A DNA stretch of 64,000 nucleotides, taken from Acetobacter sp. CAG:977 (GTDB lineage: Bacteria; Pseudomonadota; Alphaproteobacteria; CAAGCB01; CAG-977). The notes below the pieces were generated by a model. That model worked only from the letters and a program-made list of their open reading frames with translations. It was not told the origin of the DNA and searched no databases. Position 1 is the first letter of the stretch; every line of letters starts with the position of its first letter. This document shows, in pieces, positions 52,884 through 62,778 of the stretch. The stretch is from the NCBI GenBank assembly GCA_000434295.1, contig HF994935.1, forward strand, positions 638,235 through 702,234. The letters are read 5' to 3'. Position numbers and translations under genes: made by a program.

Positions 52884-54278
52884 TTACCCCTTGCGTACAT
52901 GCGTCTGAATAAAATATTTCACCGCATCCAAAGAATTCGGCAAAACCGTAAACACTTCCTTGCGCGTCAACAAATCTGACAAACGGGACGGCAAAGACGG
53001 CGTAATGCCCGTCGCTTCGCGAACGGGAACGGGAAACTTTGAAGGATGCGCCGTCGCCAAAACAACCGTCGGCGTCTCTTTTTCAAGATATGCCTCTGCC
53101 GCCGCCGCGCCTATCGCCGAATGCGGATCCAAAAGCTCTCCGGAACCTTTGTATATGCGACCGATTTCCGACTTTGTTTCGTCGTCGCTGCAACGAACAC
53201 CTGAAAAATCCCCCTTGATGCGGGAAAATATATCCGCAGGAACTTTATAAACGCCTTCGTATTTAAACGTCTCCATCAAATGAGACACCGTTTCGGCATT
53301 ACGATCGGAAGCCTCAAACAGCAAACGTTCGAAATTCGATGATACCTGTATATCCATAGACGGGCTGATCGAAGGCTTTACTTCCCGTTTTTCCATGATG
53401 CCGCCGTCCAAGAAACGCGGCAGGATGTCGTTTTCGTTTGACCCTAAAATCAAGCGTTTGACGGGCAATCCCATTCTTTTTGCAACATACCCCGCAAAGA
53501 CGTTGCCGAAATTTCCCGTCGGCACGGCAAACGAAACTTCTCTGTCAGGCGCGCCTAAAGACAATGCCGCCCTGAAATAATAAACAACCTGAGCCATAAT
53601 GCGCGCCCAGTTAATCGAATTAACCGCAGAAAGAGCATACTCCGTTCGAAAATCATGATCAGCAAATAACGCTTTAACAACGGACTGGCAATCATCAAAC
53701 GTCCCTTCCAAAGCGATATTAAAAACGTTCTCCGACAAAACCGTTGTCATTTGACGGCGTTGGACTTCGGAAACGCGATTGTGAGGATGCAAAATAAAAA
53801 CGTCCAGACCGTTTCTGTCTTTGCAGGCTTCAATCGCGGCCGATCCCGTATCGCCGGACGTCGCGCCGACAATGGTAATCCGCTTGCCTTGACGGTGCAT
53901 TACTCTGTCAAACATCAATCCGACAAGCTGCAAAGCATAATCTTTAAACGCCAGCGTCGGACCGTAAAAAAGCTCCATAACCCACAAGCCGTCTTTTATC
54001 TGTTTTAACGGCGCAACGGCGTCATGGCTGAAATTGCCGTACGCCGCGGATGCCATCTCTTTCAATTCGGCTTCGGAAAAGCAGCCTTTCGTAAAAGGAG
54101 CCATAACTTTGACCGCCAAATCGGCATAATTTAAAGCCCGCATTTCATACATTTCCCGCTTTGAAAAAACAGGATATTCCTCAGGAACGTATAACCCGCC
54201 GTCTTCAGCCAATCCTGCCAGCAAGACTTCTTCAAAGTTTAAAACAGGGGCTTTTCCCCGCGTGCTGACGTATTTCAA
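52884..54278 (-). CDS. thrC: threonine synthase
   Basis: 464 aa; PLP lysine region FYGPTLAFKDYALQ, long-form ThrC. Confidence 0.85.
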   Translation of the reverse strand: MKYVSTRGKAPVLNFEEVLLAGLAEDGGLYVPEEYPVFSKREMYEMRALNYADLAVKVMAPFTKGCFSEAELKEMASAAYGNFSHDAVAPLKQIKDGLWVMELFYGPTLAFKDYALQLVGLMFDRVMHRQGKRITIVGATSGDTGSAAIEACKDRNGLDVFILHPHNRVSEVQRRQMTTVLSENVFNIALEGTFDDCQSVVKALFADHDFRTEYALSAVNSINWARIMAQVVYYFRAALSLGAPDREVSFAVPTGNFGNVFAGYVAKRMGLPVKRLILGSNENDILPRFLDGGIMEKREVKPSISPSMDIQVSSNFERLLFEASDRNAETVSHLMETFKYEGVYKVPADIFSRIKGDFSGVRCSDDETKSEIGRIYKGSGELLDPHSAIGAAAAEAYLEKETPTVVLATAHPSKFPVPVREATGITPSLPSRLSDLLTRKEVFTVLPNSLDAVKYFIQTHVRKG

Positions 54279-54385
54279 GAGCCTCTCCCCGCACTAAAAA
54301 ACAGTTTATTGAGTATGTTTTACGCTTATTGTATATAATTACAACAGAAAGTTTTTTCCGCAATCATTATAAAAAGGATACTTAC

Positions 54386-55045
54386 ATGAACTCAAAAAAA
54401 ATTGCCGTACTGCTGGCCGGATGCGGTGTGATGGACGGTTCCGAAATCCATGAAGCCGTCACCGCCATGCTTGCCATTCAACAACAAGGTGCCGATTATG
54501 ACTGCTTTGCTCCCGAAGGCGACCAAGGCGTAACCATCAATCACCTCACAAAGCAGCCGGAACCGCAAAAACGAAGAATGCTGGTTGAAGCCGCACGTAT
54601 CGCACGCGGCGAAATAAACACTTTAAAAAACTTTAAAGCCGAAAATTACGATGCTTTGCTGATCCCCGGAGGAATGGGCGCCGTTATGAACCTGTGTGAC
54701 TTTGCCCAAAAAGGTCCCGACTGCTCGGTTCATCCCGACGTCGAACGCGCCGTCATAGAAATGCATCAGGCGCATAAGCCCATCGTCGCCCTTTGCATCG
54801 CTCCGGTTCTGGTTGCCAGAATATTAAAAGACGTTACCCTCACCATCGGAAACGATCCCGAAACCGCCATGGCTTTAAAAAACATGGGCGCAAATCATCA
54901 GGTCTGCTCTGCCGCAGAAGTCTGCATCGACAGGAAAAACAAAATCATATCAACGCCCTGTTACATGTTGGACAGAACTCTGCGCGACGTTGCCGTCAGC
55001 ACGTCAAACGCCGTCAAAGATTTAATGAACCTTTTAAAAGAATAA
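54386..55045 (+). CDS. class I glutamine amidotransferase-like protein (ElbB/DJ-1/PfpI family)
   Basis: ATG at 54386 (MNSKKIAVLLAGCGVMDGSEIHEAVTAM); nucleophile-elbow Cys (VALCIAPVL). Confidence 0.7.
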   Translation: MNSKKIAVLLAGCGVMDGSEIHEAVTAMLAIQQQGADYDCFAPEGDQGVTINHLTKQPEPQKRRMLVEAARIARGEINTLKNFKAENYDALLIPGGMGAVMNLCDFAQKGPDCSVHPDVERAVIEMHQAHKPIVALCIAPVLVARILKDVTLTIGNDPETAMALKNMGANHQVCSAAEVCIDRKNKIISTPCYMLDRTLRDVAVSTSNAVKDLMNLLKE

Positions 55046-55057
55046 TTTTGAACATAA

Positions 55058-55090
55058 AAAACGGGGGAAAATGTTCCCCCGTTTTTTTCG
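55058..55090. terminator. bidirectional rho-independent terminator (ElbB-like + / secF -)
   Basis: aacgggggaa-aatg-ttcccccgtt hairpin + T7. Confidence 0.65.
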
Positions 55091-55103
55091 TATCGTTCGC
55101 GAC

Positions 55104-56036
55104 CTAACCGACGTGGTCGTACGGACTGACGGGAGCTTTGCTGTTTTCCATCGTCTTGCGAACGTCCAAATACATCAACAACGGCATTGCGACATAAACC
55201 GAAGAATACGTTCCGACGATAATGCCGAACAGCATCGCAATGGCAAAACCTTCCAAAGCTTCACCGCCGATCAACAGCATAACAATCAACGCCAAAATCG
55301 TCGAAATACCCGTCATAATCGTTCTGGGCAACATATCGTTTGCCGTTTTGTTAATCATTTCGGGAATGGGCATCTTGCGATATTTATGCAGATTTTCGCG
55401 CATACGGTCATAAGAAACGATCGTATCGTTTGTCGAATACCCTGCCAACATCATCAAGCCTGCGACAATCGTCATATTAAAATCCAGCCCGCATACCGAA
55501 AACAGACCGAGCGTAATTAAAATATCATGGACGATTGAAATCATAACGCCCAATGCGAATTCCCATTCGAAACGCATCCAAATGTAAATCGAAATAACCA
55601 AAGCGCCTAAAATAACGGCTATGATACTGTTGCGTATCAATTCGCTGCCGACGCGGGGACCGACCATTTCCGTGCGACGAACGGAAAATTCATTGCCCAA
55701 TTCATCACGAATGACTTTGACGATTTTCATTTGTTCCTGTTCCGTCGTCCCCTGCCCCAAAGCCGTAATCAAAACTTCGGTGCCGTCTTCTCCGACAGGC
55801 TGCAAGTCAACATTCAATCCCGCCAGTTTTTCGCGGATAATTTTCATATCCACGGACTGTTCGGATTGGACTTCCATCAAAATGCCGCCTTTAAAGTCAA
55901 TCCCGTAATTCAAGCCCTTTGTTGCCAAAGACACGATCGAAATCAATACCAAAAGACCGGAAAAGAAGAACGCATATTTGCGCAAACCGATAAAATCGAT
56001 ATTCGTCGATTTTGTAAACAGAGAAATCAGCCTCAT
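55104..56036 (-). CDS. secF: protein translocase subunit SecF
   Basis: 310 aa, 6 TM, SecD/SecF family C-terminal region. Confidence 0.9.
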   Translation of the reverse strand: MRLISLFTKSTNIDFIGLRKYAFFFSGLLVLISIVSLATKGLNYGIDFKGGILMEVQSEQSVDMKIIREKLAGLNVDLQPVGEDGTEVLITALGQGTTEQEQMKIVKVIRDELGNEFSVRRTEMVGPRVGSELIRNSIIAVILGALVISIYIWMRFEWEFALGVMISIVHDILITLGLFSVCGLDFNMTIVAGLMMLAGYSTNDTIVSYDRMRENLHKYRKMPIPEMINKTANDMLPRTIMTGISTILALIVMLLIGGEALEGFAIAMLFGIIVGTYSSVYVAMPLLMYLDVRKTMENSKAPVSPYDHVG

Positions 56037-56047
56037 AAACGTTCTCC

Positions 56048-57607
56048 TTAAACATTCAAAGATTTAGGCTTGGCTATTTTAACCCATGCCAAAATCAAAA
56101 CACGGGTAACATAAACCGCCGTAAAGACCGACGTCAAAACGCCCAAACTGGTCGTTACGCCGAAACCGCGAACGGGTCCCGTGCCGAACCATATCAAAAT
56201 CAAGCTGGTGAACAAACTGGTCAAATTTGAATCGAAAATCGCCGAAAACGCATTGCTGAAGCCGGCTTCTATCGTATTCAGGACGGAACGACCCAAAGCC
56301 TGTTCTTCGCGCATACGTTCGTAAATCAAAACGTTCGCATCAACAGACATCCCCATCGTCAAAGCGATACCCGCAATACCCGGCAACGTCAAAGTGCATT
56401 CCAAAATACTCATCAAGCCTATCAGCATGACCATATTCAGAACCAACGCGATATCGGCAAAAATTCCGAACAAACCGTATGTTGCCAACATAAACAGCAA
56501 CACCAAAGCCATACCGATGCCGCATGCCAGCTTTCCGGCGTTAATCGAATCCGTTCCCAATCCGGGGCCGACAACACGTTCTTCGACGACATCCAAAGGA
56601 GCCGGCAATGCGCCTGAACGAAGCATCATCGCAAGTTCGCTGGCCGATTGTGTCGTAAAGCTGCCAGATATAATGCCGCTGCCGCCCGTAATTGCCGTTT
56701 TGACTTCGGGAGCCGTAATAACTTTGCCGTCCAGAACAACGGCTAAACGGCGACCGACATTTTCTCTGGTCGCATTGCCGAAACGTTTGCCGCCAAACGC
56801 ATTAAAGCGGAAACTGACAACGGCTTCGCCTTCCTGAAAATCGGCTCTGGCATCGGTCAAGTGTTCGCCGCCGACAATGGCTTTGCGTTCAATGACATAA
56901 TAAGCCTGAGACGCGGCTTCATCACCCGGAACGACCTTGGATTCCGGAGAAATCTTACCGCGGCGCGCATCCGCTATCGACGTCTTTTCATCAACGAAAT
57001 GAAACGACATCTTCGCCGTCTTACCCAACAGTTTCTTGACTTCGTTCGGATCTTCAACCCCCGGAAGCTGAACCTGAATACGGTCAGAGCCCTGGCGCAT
57101 AATCGAAGGTTCACGCGTTCCCAACTGGTCAATACGGCGGCGAACGATTTCAATCGACTGGTCTACCGCCGTCGTCTTCATACGAATTAACGCCGGATCC
57201 GTAAAAGATACCGTCAGTTCGTCTTCTTTTTCCGAAACGTCCAAATTGCCTTTATCCGTTTTGCGGATTAAATCTTTTGCCTTCAGTATGTCGTTGTCAT
57301 TGACGATACGGACTTTTAATTTGTCGCCTTCCTGCGTCAAACCCGTATAGCGAATGCCTTTTTCACGCAACGTATTACGAACGGCATCCTGTACCGCACC
57401 CATCTGATCTTTGACAACCTGATCCAGATTGACCTGCAACAATAACTGAGAACCGCCTTGAAGGTCTAACCCCAATGTCAGAGGTTTCCACCATTCGGGC
57501 AATTTTTCCTGTTGAGCCTGCGGCAAAAAATTCGGAACGCAAAAGAATACTCCAAGCGCCGAAATTATACCGATCAGGACAATTTTCCATTTCGGATAGT
57601 TGAACAT
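56048..57607 (-). CDS. secD: protein translocase subunit SecD
   Basis: 519 aa, large periplasmic P1 domain, conserved TM core. Confidence 0.9.
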   Translation of the reverse strand: MFNYPKWKIVLIGIISALGVFFCVPNFLPQAQQEKLPEWWKPLTLGLDLQGGSQLLLQVNLDQVVKDQMGAVQDAVRNTLREKGIRYTGLTQEGDKLKVRIVNDNDILKAKDLIRKTDKGNLDVSEKEDELTVSFTDPALIRMKTTAVDQSIEIVRRRIDQLGTREPSIMRQGSDRIQVQLPGVEDPNEVKKLLGKTAKMSFHFVDEKTSIADARRGKISPESKVVPGDEAASQAYYVIERKAIVGGEHLTDARADFQEGEAVVSFRFNAFGGKRFGNATRENVGRRLAVVLDGKVITAPEVKTAITGGSGIISGSFTTQSASELAMMLRSGALPAPLDVVEERVVGPGLGTDSINAGKLACGIGMALVLLFMLATYGLFGIFADIALVLNMVMLIGLMSILECTLTLPGIAGIALTMGMSVDANVLIYERMREEQALGRSVLNTIEAGFSNAFSAIFDSNLTSLFTSLILIWFGTGPVRGFGVTTSLGVLTSVFTAVYVTRVLILAWVKIAKPKSLNV

Positions 57608-57618
57608 CAGTTTTTCCT

Positions 57619-58044
57619 TTATTTCTTCGTCAAAAGCTCTTTCAAGCCTTCGCTGCCTTTTTTATCCGTCGTAAATTCTTCTTCATTTTCATTAGCGGCG
57701 TCTTTTAATGAAGACGGCACATTATCCGCCATCCGCTTACCCGCTATGCGATCACGGACAACCGTAACTCGGACACCGTCCGCAATTTCCACAAGCAAAT
57801 CTTCTTCGTGACTGCGAATGACTTTGCCGACGATCCCGCCTGTCGTAACAATTATATCGCCTTTAGAAACACCGGCCTGCATGGCTTGATGTTCGCGAAG
57901 CCGTTTCTGTTGCGGACGAATCAGAAAAAAGTAAAAAACTACAAAAATTATAAAAAACTGGAACAATATCCTCGCCGGATCTCCTGCGGGGACTTGCTCT
58001 GCCGCCGCGGCAGCTTCCTGAGCAATTGCGGGATTGAAAATCAT
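57619..58044 (-). CDS. yajC: preprotein translocase subunit YajC
   Basis: FLIRPQQKRLREHQAMQAGVSKGDIIVTTGGIVGKV signature. Confidence 0.85.
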   Translation of the reverse strand: MIFNPAIAQEAAAAAEQVPAGDPARILFQFFIIFVVFYFFLIRPQQKRLREHQAMQAGVSKGDIIVTTGGIVGKVIRSHEEDLLVEIADGVRVTVVRDRIAGKRMADNVPSSLKDAANENEEEFTTDKKGSEGLKELLTKK

Positions 58045-58214
58045 CGGGATTCTCCTGAAACATAAAAAACAAAAAAGGAGTATAACGCCATCTTTTCAGG
58101 ATGCAACACTTAGAATCTTTCTTTTCCGAAAAAAAGTAAATTTTTCCTTAAAATCCGTCAAAATTCAAAAATACAATAAACCTTTAAGATATTATTGATA
58201 AAAATCTCAAAAAT

Positions 58215-58250
58215 CCTTGAAAAAAGAAACCCCGCTCCAAAAGCGGGGAA
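58215..58250 (-). terminator. rho-independent terminator ending the paralog array
   Basis: minus-strand hairpin ccccgct-ttgg-agcgggg followed by TTTCTTTTTTC. Confidence 0.6.
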
Positions 58251-58254
58251 TTTC

Positions 58255-59145
58255 TTACCTTGACGACAAACGCCCCAGCCGGGCGGCCATGTTTTGAACC
58301 GTCATCCGTTGCATTTGCGGATAGCTCCTGTCCAACGGCGGCGTAACTTTGCCGTCTGATTCTTTGACATACATTGTATCCAATGAAGTCCTCTTGACCT
58401 TGCGCGATGACGGCATCTTGTCCGTCTCTATCTTACGCGCCGCATCATAAACTTCGCGATTCATCGTATTGGCTTCTTTAGAAGCAAAAAAATCCTTATC
58501 ATTGCGCATATAAGGACACAAATTCATAACCAAATCTCTGTCCGAAACCGAACGCAAAGAACGGCTGGGACTGTAATGTTTTTTCATAAAGCACGCAACA
58601 TCATGATCATAGCTGTCAACGTACTTCTCATCCGAATACCATGCCTTAAATGCAGAGCTTAAAGCCTTTTGCGTATCTTTACTGGATTTTATTTCCGCCT
58701 CATACGCCTTGGCTATAAGCGGATGCTTCCCTTTAAATTCGGAAAATATCGCGGGATCGCTTATCCGCATTTCAAAAGCAGCTGCACATTGAACCGCCAT
58801 CGCATCGGCTTCCATCGCGCGATTCACTTTAATCGCCGATTCAATCGTATTCGTTGATGTATAATATACGCTTTGATCCGAATGACGCGCTTCATGAACC
58901 AATGTCGTCATTAAAATTTCGTCAGACATTTCGGGATTTAAAAAAATGCTCCGCTTGGCGTCGTCATACGTCCCTATCGCATCCATGCCGGACATCATGG
59001 ATATCTTTATTCCGTTATTCACGGCTTGTTCCAATATCCGTTTGGCAATCGGGCTGGTTTCCGAAGCACGATCATACAATTCCTGTACGCGCCGGTCTTG
59101 TTGCCGGTGTATGTCCTTTCTGTTGAAAAAATCAAAAACACCCAT
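58255..59145 (-). CDS. zincin-like HExxHxxQ protein, tandem-array paralog 1 (unrecognised family)
   Basis: start MGVFDFF at 59145; LVHEARHSDQ, NRAMEADAMAVQCAAAFEMR, AFKAWYSDEKYVDSYD; C-terminal basic tail ...ARLGRLSSR. Confidence 0.6.
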   Translation of the reverse strand: MGVFDFFNRKDIHRQQDRRVQELYDRASETSPIAKRILEQAVNNGIKISMMSGMDAIGTYDDAKRSIFLNPEMSDEILMTTLVHEARHSDQSVYYTSTNTIESAIKVNRAMEADAMAVQCAAAFEMRISDPAIFSEFKGKHPLIAKAYEAEIKSSKDTQKALSSAFKAWYSDEKYVDSYDHDVACFMKKHYSPSRSLRSVSDRDLVMNLCPYMRNDKDFFASKEANTMNREVYDAARKIETDKMPSSRKVKRTSLDTMYVKESDGKVTPPLDRSYPQMQRMTVQNMAARLGRLSSR

Positions 59146-59206
59146 AAAACGTCCTCCCGCCATTAGACAAATTTATCAGTTTTTTCTCTAATCTTCAAGA
59201 AAAGAC

Positions 59207-60109
59207 TTAACGTTCCAGCCGTTTCCTTAAATTAATTGCCGTCGAAACAATCAAACGTTCGGGCGTTTTAATCTCTCCGTTCGGCATGCGGACATACATC
59301 AGCGATAACGACGTTTCTTTCGGCTTGCGCAAAAAATGACGTATATGATGCTTTTCTATCTCTGCCCCTCGCTGCGCCGTCGAATAAGATACCGTTAAAG
59401 CTTTTGAAGACGAAAAAAATGATGCGGGCATATAGCTTTTCCCGAAAAACGAACAAACCTTTTCCGATACTTCCAAAGCAGGACGCTCATATTTATAAGC
59501 TCCGCGATATATTGACCCCAGCGACATAAAATTCAAAACTGCCGCATCGTATTGATTAACGTATGCTCCGTTCTCGTACCAGGCTTCAAACGCTTTACCC
59601 AATGCTTTGAACGGGTCTTTTGACGCAGAAAGCTCTTTTTCATAACAATCCGTAATCACGGGATGATGAGTTTTAAATTCTTTATACGCTCCGGGTTCCG
59701 ACGTCTTCATTTCAACAACGGCCGCACATTCAAAAGCCATCGCATCGGCTTCCATCGCGCGATTGACCGTAAGCGCCGATTTTACGGTGTCCGAATGCGA
59801 ATACCCGTGCGGCTGCAATGAATGTCGGGATTCGTGAACCATCGTTGCCAAAAGAATATCGTCAGACATATTTGAATTTAAAACAATCATCCTCGTTGCC
59901 GGAATATAGGCGCCCGATTTATTGCCCATGTCGGTATCCGTACAAAAAACAATGCCTTGCTTTATCGCCGCATCAACAATACTCTTGCCCAATGTTCCGG
60001 ATTTGGACAGCTTTTCCCTTAACTGCTTTATGCGGGAATCCGATATTTCGGATGTTTCCTGTTGAGGGCCGTTCTTTATTAAATCAAAAAGATCTTTTAA
60101 TGTTCCCAT
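59207..60109 (-). CDS. zincin-like HExxHxxQ protein, tandem-array paralog 2
   Basis: MGTLKDLF start; MVHESRHSLQ, NRAMEADAMAFECAAVVEM, AFEAWYENGAYVNQYD; ends ...NLRKRLER; start ATG overlaps stop of paralog 3 by 1 nt (TAATG). Confidence 0.6.
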   Translation of the reverse strand: MGTLKDLFDLIKNGPQQETSEISDSRIKQLREKLSKSGTLGKSIVDAAIKQGIVFCTDTDMGNKSGAYIPATRMIVLNSNMSDDILLATMVHESRHSLQPHGYSHSDTVKSALTVNRAMEADAMAFECAAVVEMKTSEPGAYKEFKTHHPVITDCYEKELSASKDPFKALGKAFEAWYENGAYVNQYDAAVLNFMSLGSIYRGAYKYERPALEVSEKVCSFFGKSYMPASFFSSSKALTVSYSTAQRGAEIEKHHIRHFLRKPKETSLSLMYVRMPNGEIKTPERLIVSTAINLRKRLER

Positions 60110-61014
60110 TAAATGCAGATCCTCCCTTTCGTTCGCAAAGCCGCTTTTATAATTTCAGTCTCTTCGGATGAACGGCGTTTCGGTTTATGCACGGTTCCGT
60201 CTTCGTTCCTGAGGAAAAAATAATCCGTCGAACAGTTTTCTTTGCCTCTCAGAATCCCGAACAAGCCTTTCTTTTCTAACAGTTCCGCACGCTTAGCTAT
60301 ATCTGCGTGAACGGTCGTCGCTTTTTGACTGCCCAAAAAAGCAGCCCCTATATACCGTTTTCCGTTAAACCTGCATAAAGCGTCCGCTATATCCTTTTCC
60401 GGAACATTTTGTGTAAAAGCGCTTCTTTGAGATTTACCGATACGCATAAAATCGACTGCTCTTTCGTCATATGAAGAAATGTAACGGTCATTTTCATACC
60501 AGCTTTTAAAAGCTCCTTCTATACCGGCATCCATACTGTGCGTTTTTTCGTAGTTTTTCTGGAAACCCCACATAATATAATTATATTCGGTTGAAAAATC
60601 CAAAAAGGCATCCGGTTCCGAACGACGCATTTCAAATGCCGCCGCACACTGAACAGCCATGGCATCGGCTTCCTGAGCCCGATTAATCTGAATTGCCGAC
60701 TTCAGGTCTTGAGAAAAATCCTTGCGTAATTTTTGCGTTGCGTGTCGGCTTTCATGAACAATCGTCGTCAAAAGCGTTTCATCCGACGCCCGTGATGAAA
60801 GACAGACCTTTTTAAAAAGAGGGTTATACGCGCCAACGGCATTTTTCATCCCGTCGTCAAAAACAAAAGACACTCCGTTGTCTTGGGCTTTTTTTAAAAC
60901 GTCTGCTGCGATCGGAGACGCTTTTGTCGCCCGCTCTATCAAAGAATTTATCCGTTCGTCTTCGGCGTTTTTTTCCTGTTTGCTTTTACCGAAAATCGTT
61001 TTTAAAAGCCCCAT
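60109..61014 (-). CDS. zincin-like HExxHxxQ protein, tandem-array paralog 3
   Basis: MGLLKTIFG start with AGGAGAGG RBS; IVHESRHATQ, NRAQEADAMAVQCAAAFEMR, AFKSWYENDRYISSYD. Confidence 0.6.
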   Translation of the reverse strand: MGLLKTIFGKSKQEKNAEDERINSLIERATKASPIAADVLKKAQDNGVSFVFDDGMKNAVGAYNPLFKKVCLSSRASDETLLTTIVHESRHATQKLRKDFSQDLKSAIQINRAQEADAMAVQCAAAFEMRRSEPDAFLDFSTEYNYIMWGFQKNYEKTHSMDAGIEGAFKSWYENDRYISSYDERAVDFMRIGKSQRSAFTQNVPEKDIADALCRFNGKRYIGAAFLGSQKATTVHADIAKRAELLEKKGLFGILRGKENCSTDYFFLRNEDGTVHKPKRRSSEETEIIKAALRTKGRICI

Positions 61015-61025
61015 TTCGTCCTCTC

Positions 61026-61874
61026 CTACCTGCCGTCGTCGCGGGGAGCCAAAAACGCCGCCGCTTTGGCCGCAAAAGAATTCTTTTTTATTTCACGAAC
61101 ACCGTTGCCGCACAATTTCGGTATCTTAAAATCATAAAAAGATTTGTCCTTAATCGGCAACCCTGCCAAGCGCAATCTGAACGCCGTACCGCGTTTTACA
61201 GTCAATGCCCTGTCCGTTTTTAAAAAAGAACTGTCGACATATACCCCCTCTTGCGAACCGGAGCAGACCGATTTCATTATACGGATCTCGGAAACTTCCT
61301 TTAAATCGGGGCGGGCTCTTCCCATAACCCCCAAAACGGCGTCGGAATCATAGCGGTCGACATAGTCGCGATCGTCAAACCAAGCTTTAAATGCTTCGCC
61401 AAGTGCGGCTTTACGACCTTTTTCTGCTTCTTTCTCATAAGCGGAAGCGATCTTTTGACTTGAGCGTTTAAAGCTTTCCCACACTTTGGGATATGCCTTT
61501 CGCATTTCAAATGCCGCAGCACATTGAAAAGCTTTTGCATCGGCTTCTTGAGTTCTGTTAATCAACAGCCGGCTTTTTAAATTTCCGCCTTCAATATGAC
61601 CTTGCAACGAATGGCGCGCTTCGTGAACCAGCGTACTGCACAAATCTTCGTCAGAATAACGCGCATTCAAAGAAACCGTATTTAACGATGGAATATATAC
61701 GCCCAAAGGCAATATATCGTCCGCAAAAACAAATTGTGTCCGTTTTTCGTTTAATGACTTTTCCAATATGCTTTTGCCTGTCGGGCTGTTCTGGCACACC
61801 CTTTGTATTAAAGCGTGCATACGTTCCGAAGGATGGAGAGGCAGTTTTTTTTGACCGAATGCTTTTGATATCAT
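61026..61874 (-). CDS. zincin-like HExxHxxQ protein, tandem-array paralog 4
   Basis: probable start MISKAFGQ at 61874; LVHEARHSLQ, NRTQEADAKAFQCAAAFEMR, AFKAWFDDRDYVDRYD; ends ...PRDDGR. Confidence 0.55.
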   Translation of the reverse strand: MISKAFGQKKLPLHPSERMHALIQRVCQNSPTGKSILEKSLNEKRTQFVFADDILPLGVYIPSLNTVSLNARYSDEDLCSTLVHEARHSLQGHIEGGNLKSRLLINRTQEADAKAFQCAAAFEMRKAYPKVWESFKRSSQKIASAYEKEAEKGRKAALGEAFKAWFDDRDYVDRYDSDAVLGVMGRARPDLKEVSEIRIMKSVCSGSQEGVYVDSSFLKTDRALTVKRGTAFRLRLAGLPIKDKSFYDFKIPKLCGNGVREIKKNSFAAKAAAFLAPRDDGR

Positions 61875-61887
61875 AAAAAGCCCCCCG

Positions 61888-62778
61888 TCAACGACCGTTA
61901 TTGCGAATTTTCGCCACAAAATAATTTTTGCTTTGAAACGTCAAATCCTTGCCGTCGGAAGGACGGGGCACCAAATCATAGACCGAAGCATCAAAATTGC
62001 CGTAGAGCATTTCTTTTTTGCGAGCCAACAGCTTGGATTGAGCCAATACGCTTTCGCTGATTCCCAAAGCCCGTTCCGAAGACAAAAAATCAGGATCGTT
62101 TAAATATCCCTTGCCGTGATGCGTACAGAACAAACCGGATATTTCCTGAGGCTGCATATTTCCCGTTAAAAACTTTTTACCTGCCCGTTTTGACTGAAAA
62201 GACAAATATTTTATAACATCACAGTCATATTCGGACACATAGCCGATGTCGTCATGCCAAGCCTTAAAAGCTTCTCCGATGGCGAAATTTCTGTCCCCGC
62301 TTTGTTTGATTTCCCGTGCATATGCAACGGCAATCTGAGGATGTTCCTTTTTAAACAAATGCCACGCTTTCGGATAATTATACTGCATTTCAAACGCCGA
62401 CGAACATTCAAAAGCCATTGCATCGGCTTCCTTGCTTCTGTTGATTTGCAAATTCGTCCTGATATTTTTATCGGCGGACAACAGACAGTTCGGCTGAACG
62501 GCATGGCGGCTTTCGTGAACCAATGTCGTTACCAGTTCATCGTTTGAAAGCATGACGTTCAAGCAAACGGAATTGGTTCGGGCGTCATAAAAACCGACAT
62601 AACCGTCTATACCGCTCATAAAATCATAACGGCATCCCCTGCTTTGGGCGTCATCAATGACTTCTGCCGCCGTCGGGCTGAATTTCGATGCGCGTTCAAG
62701 CAAACGGTGCATCCGCCCCGACTTGTCATTTGGCAAGCGGTTTTCAAAATATTCCGGTATGTCTAATCCGCCGTTCAT
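61888..62778 (-). CDS. zincin-like HExxHxxQ protein, tandem-array paralog 5
   Basis: probable start MNGGLDIPEY at 62778; LVHESRHAVQ, NRSKEADAMAFECSSAFEMQ, AFKAWHDDIGYVSEYD; ends ...KIRNNGR. Confidence 0.55.
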   Translation of the reverse strand: MNGGLDIPEYFENRLPNDKSGRMHRLLERASKFSPTAAEVIDDAQSRGCRYDFMSGIDGYVGFYDARTNSVCLNVMLSNDELVTTLVHESRHAVQPNCLLSADKNIRTNLQINRSKEADAMAFECSSAFEMQYNYPKAWHLFKKEHPQIAVAYAREIKQSGDRNFAIGEAFKAWHDDIGYVSEYDCDVIKYLSFQSKRAGKKFLTGNMQPQEISGLFCTHHGKGYLNDPDFLSSERALGISESVLAQSKLLARKKEMLYGNFDASVYDLVPRPSDGKDLTFQSKNYFVAKIRNNGR

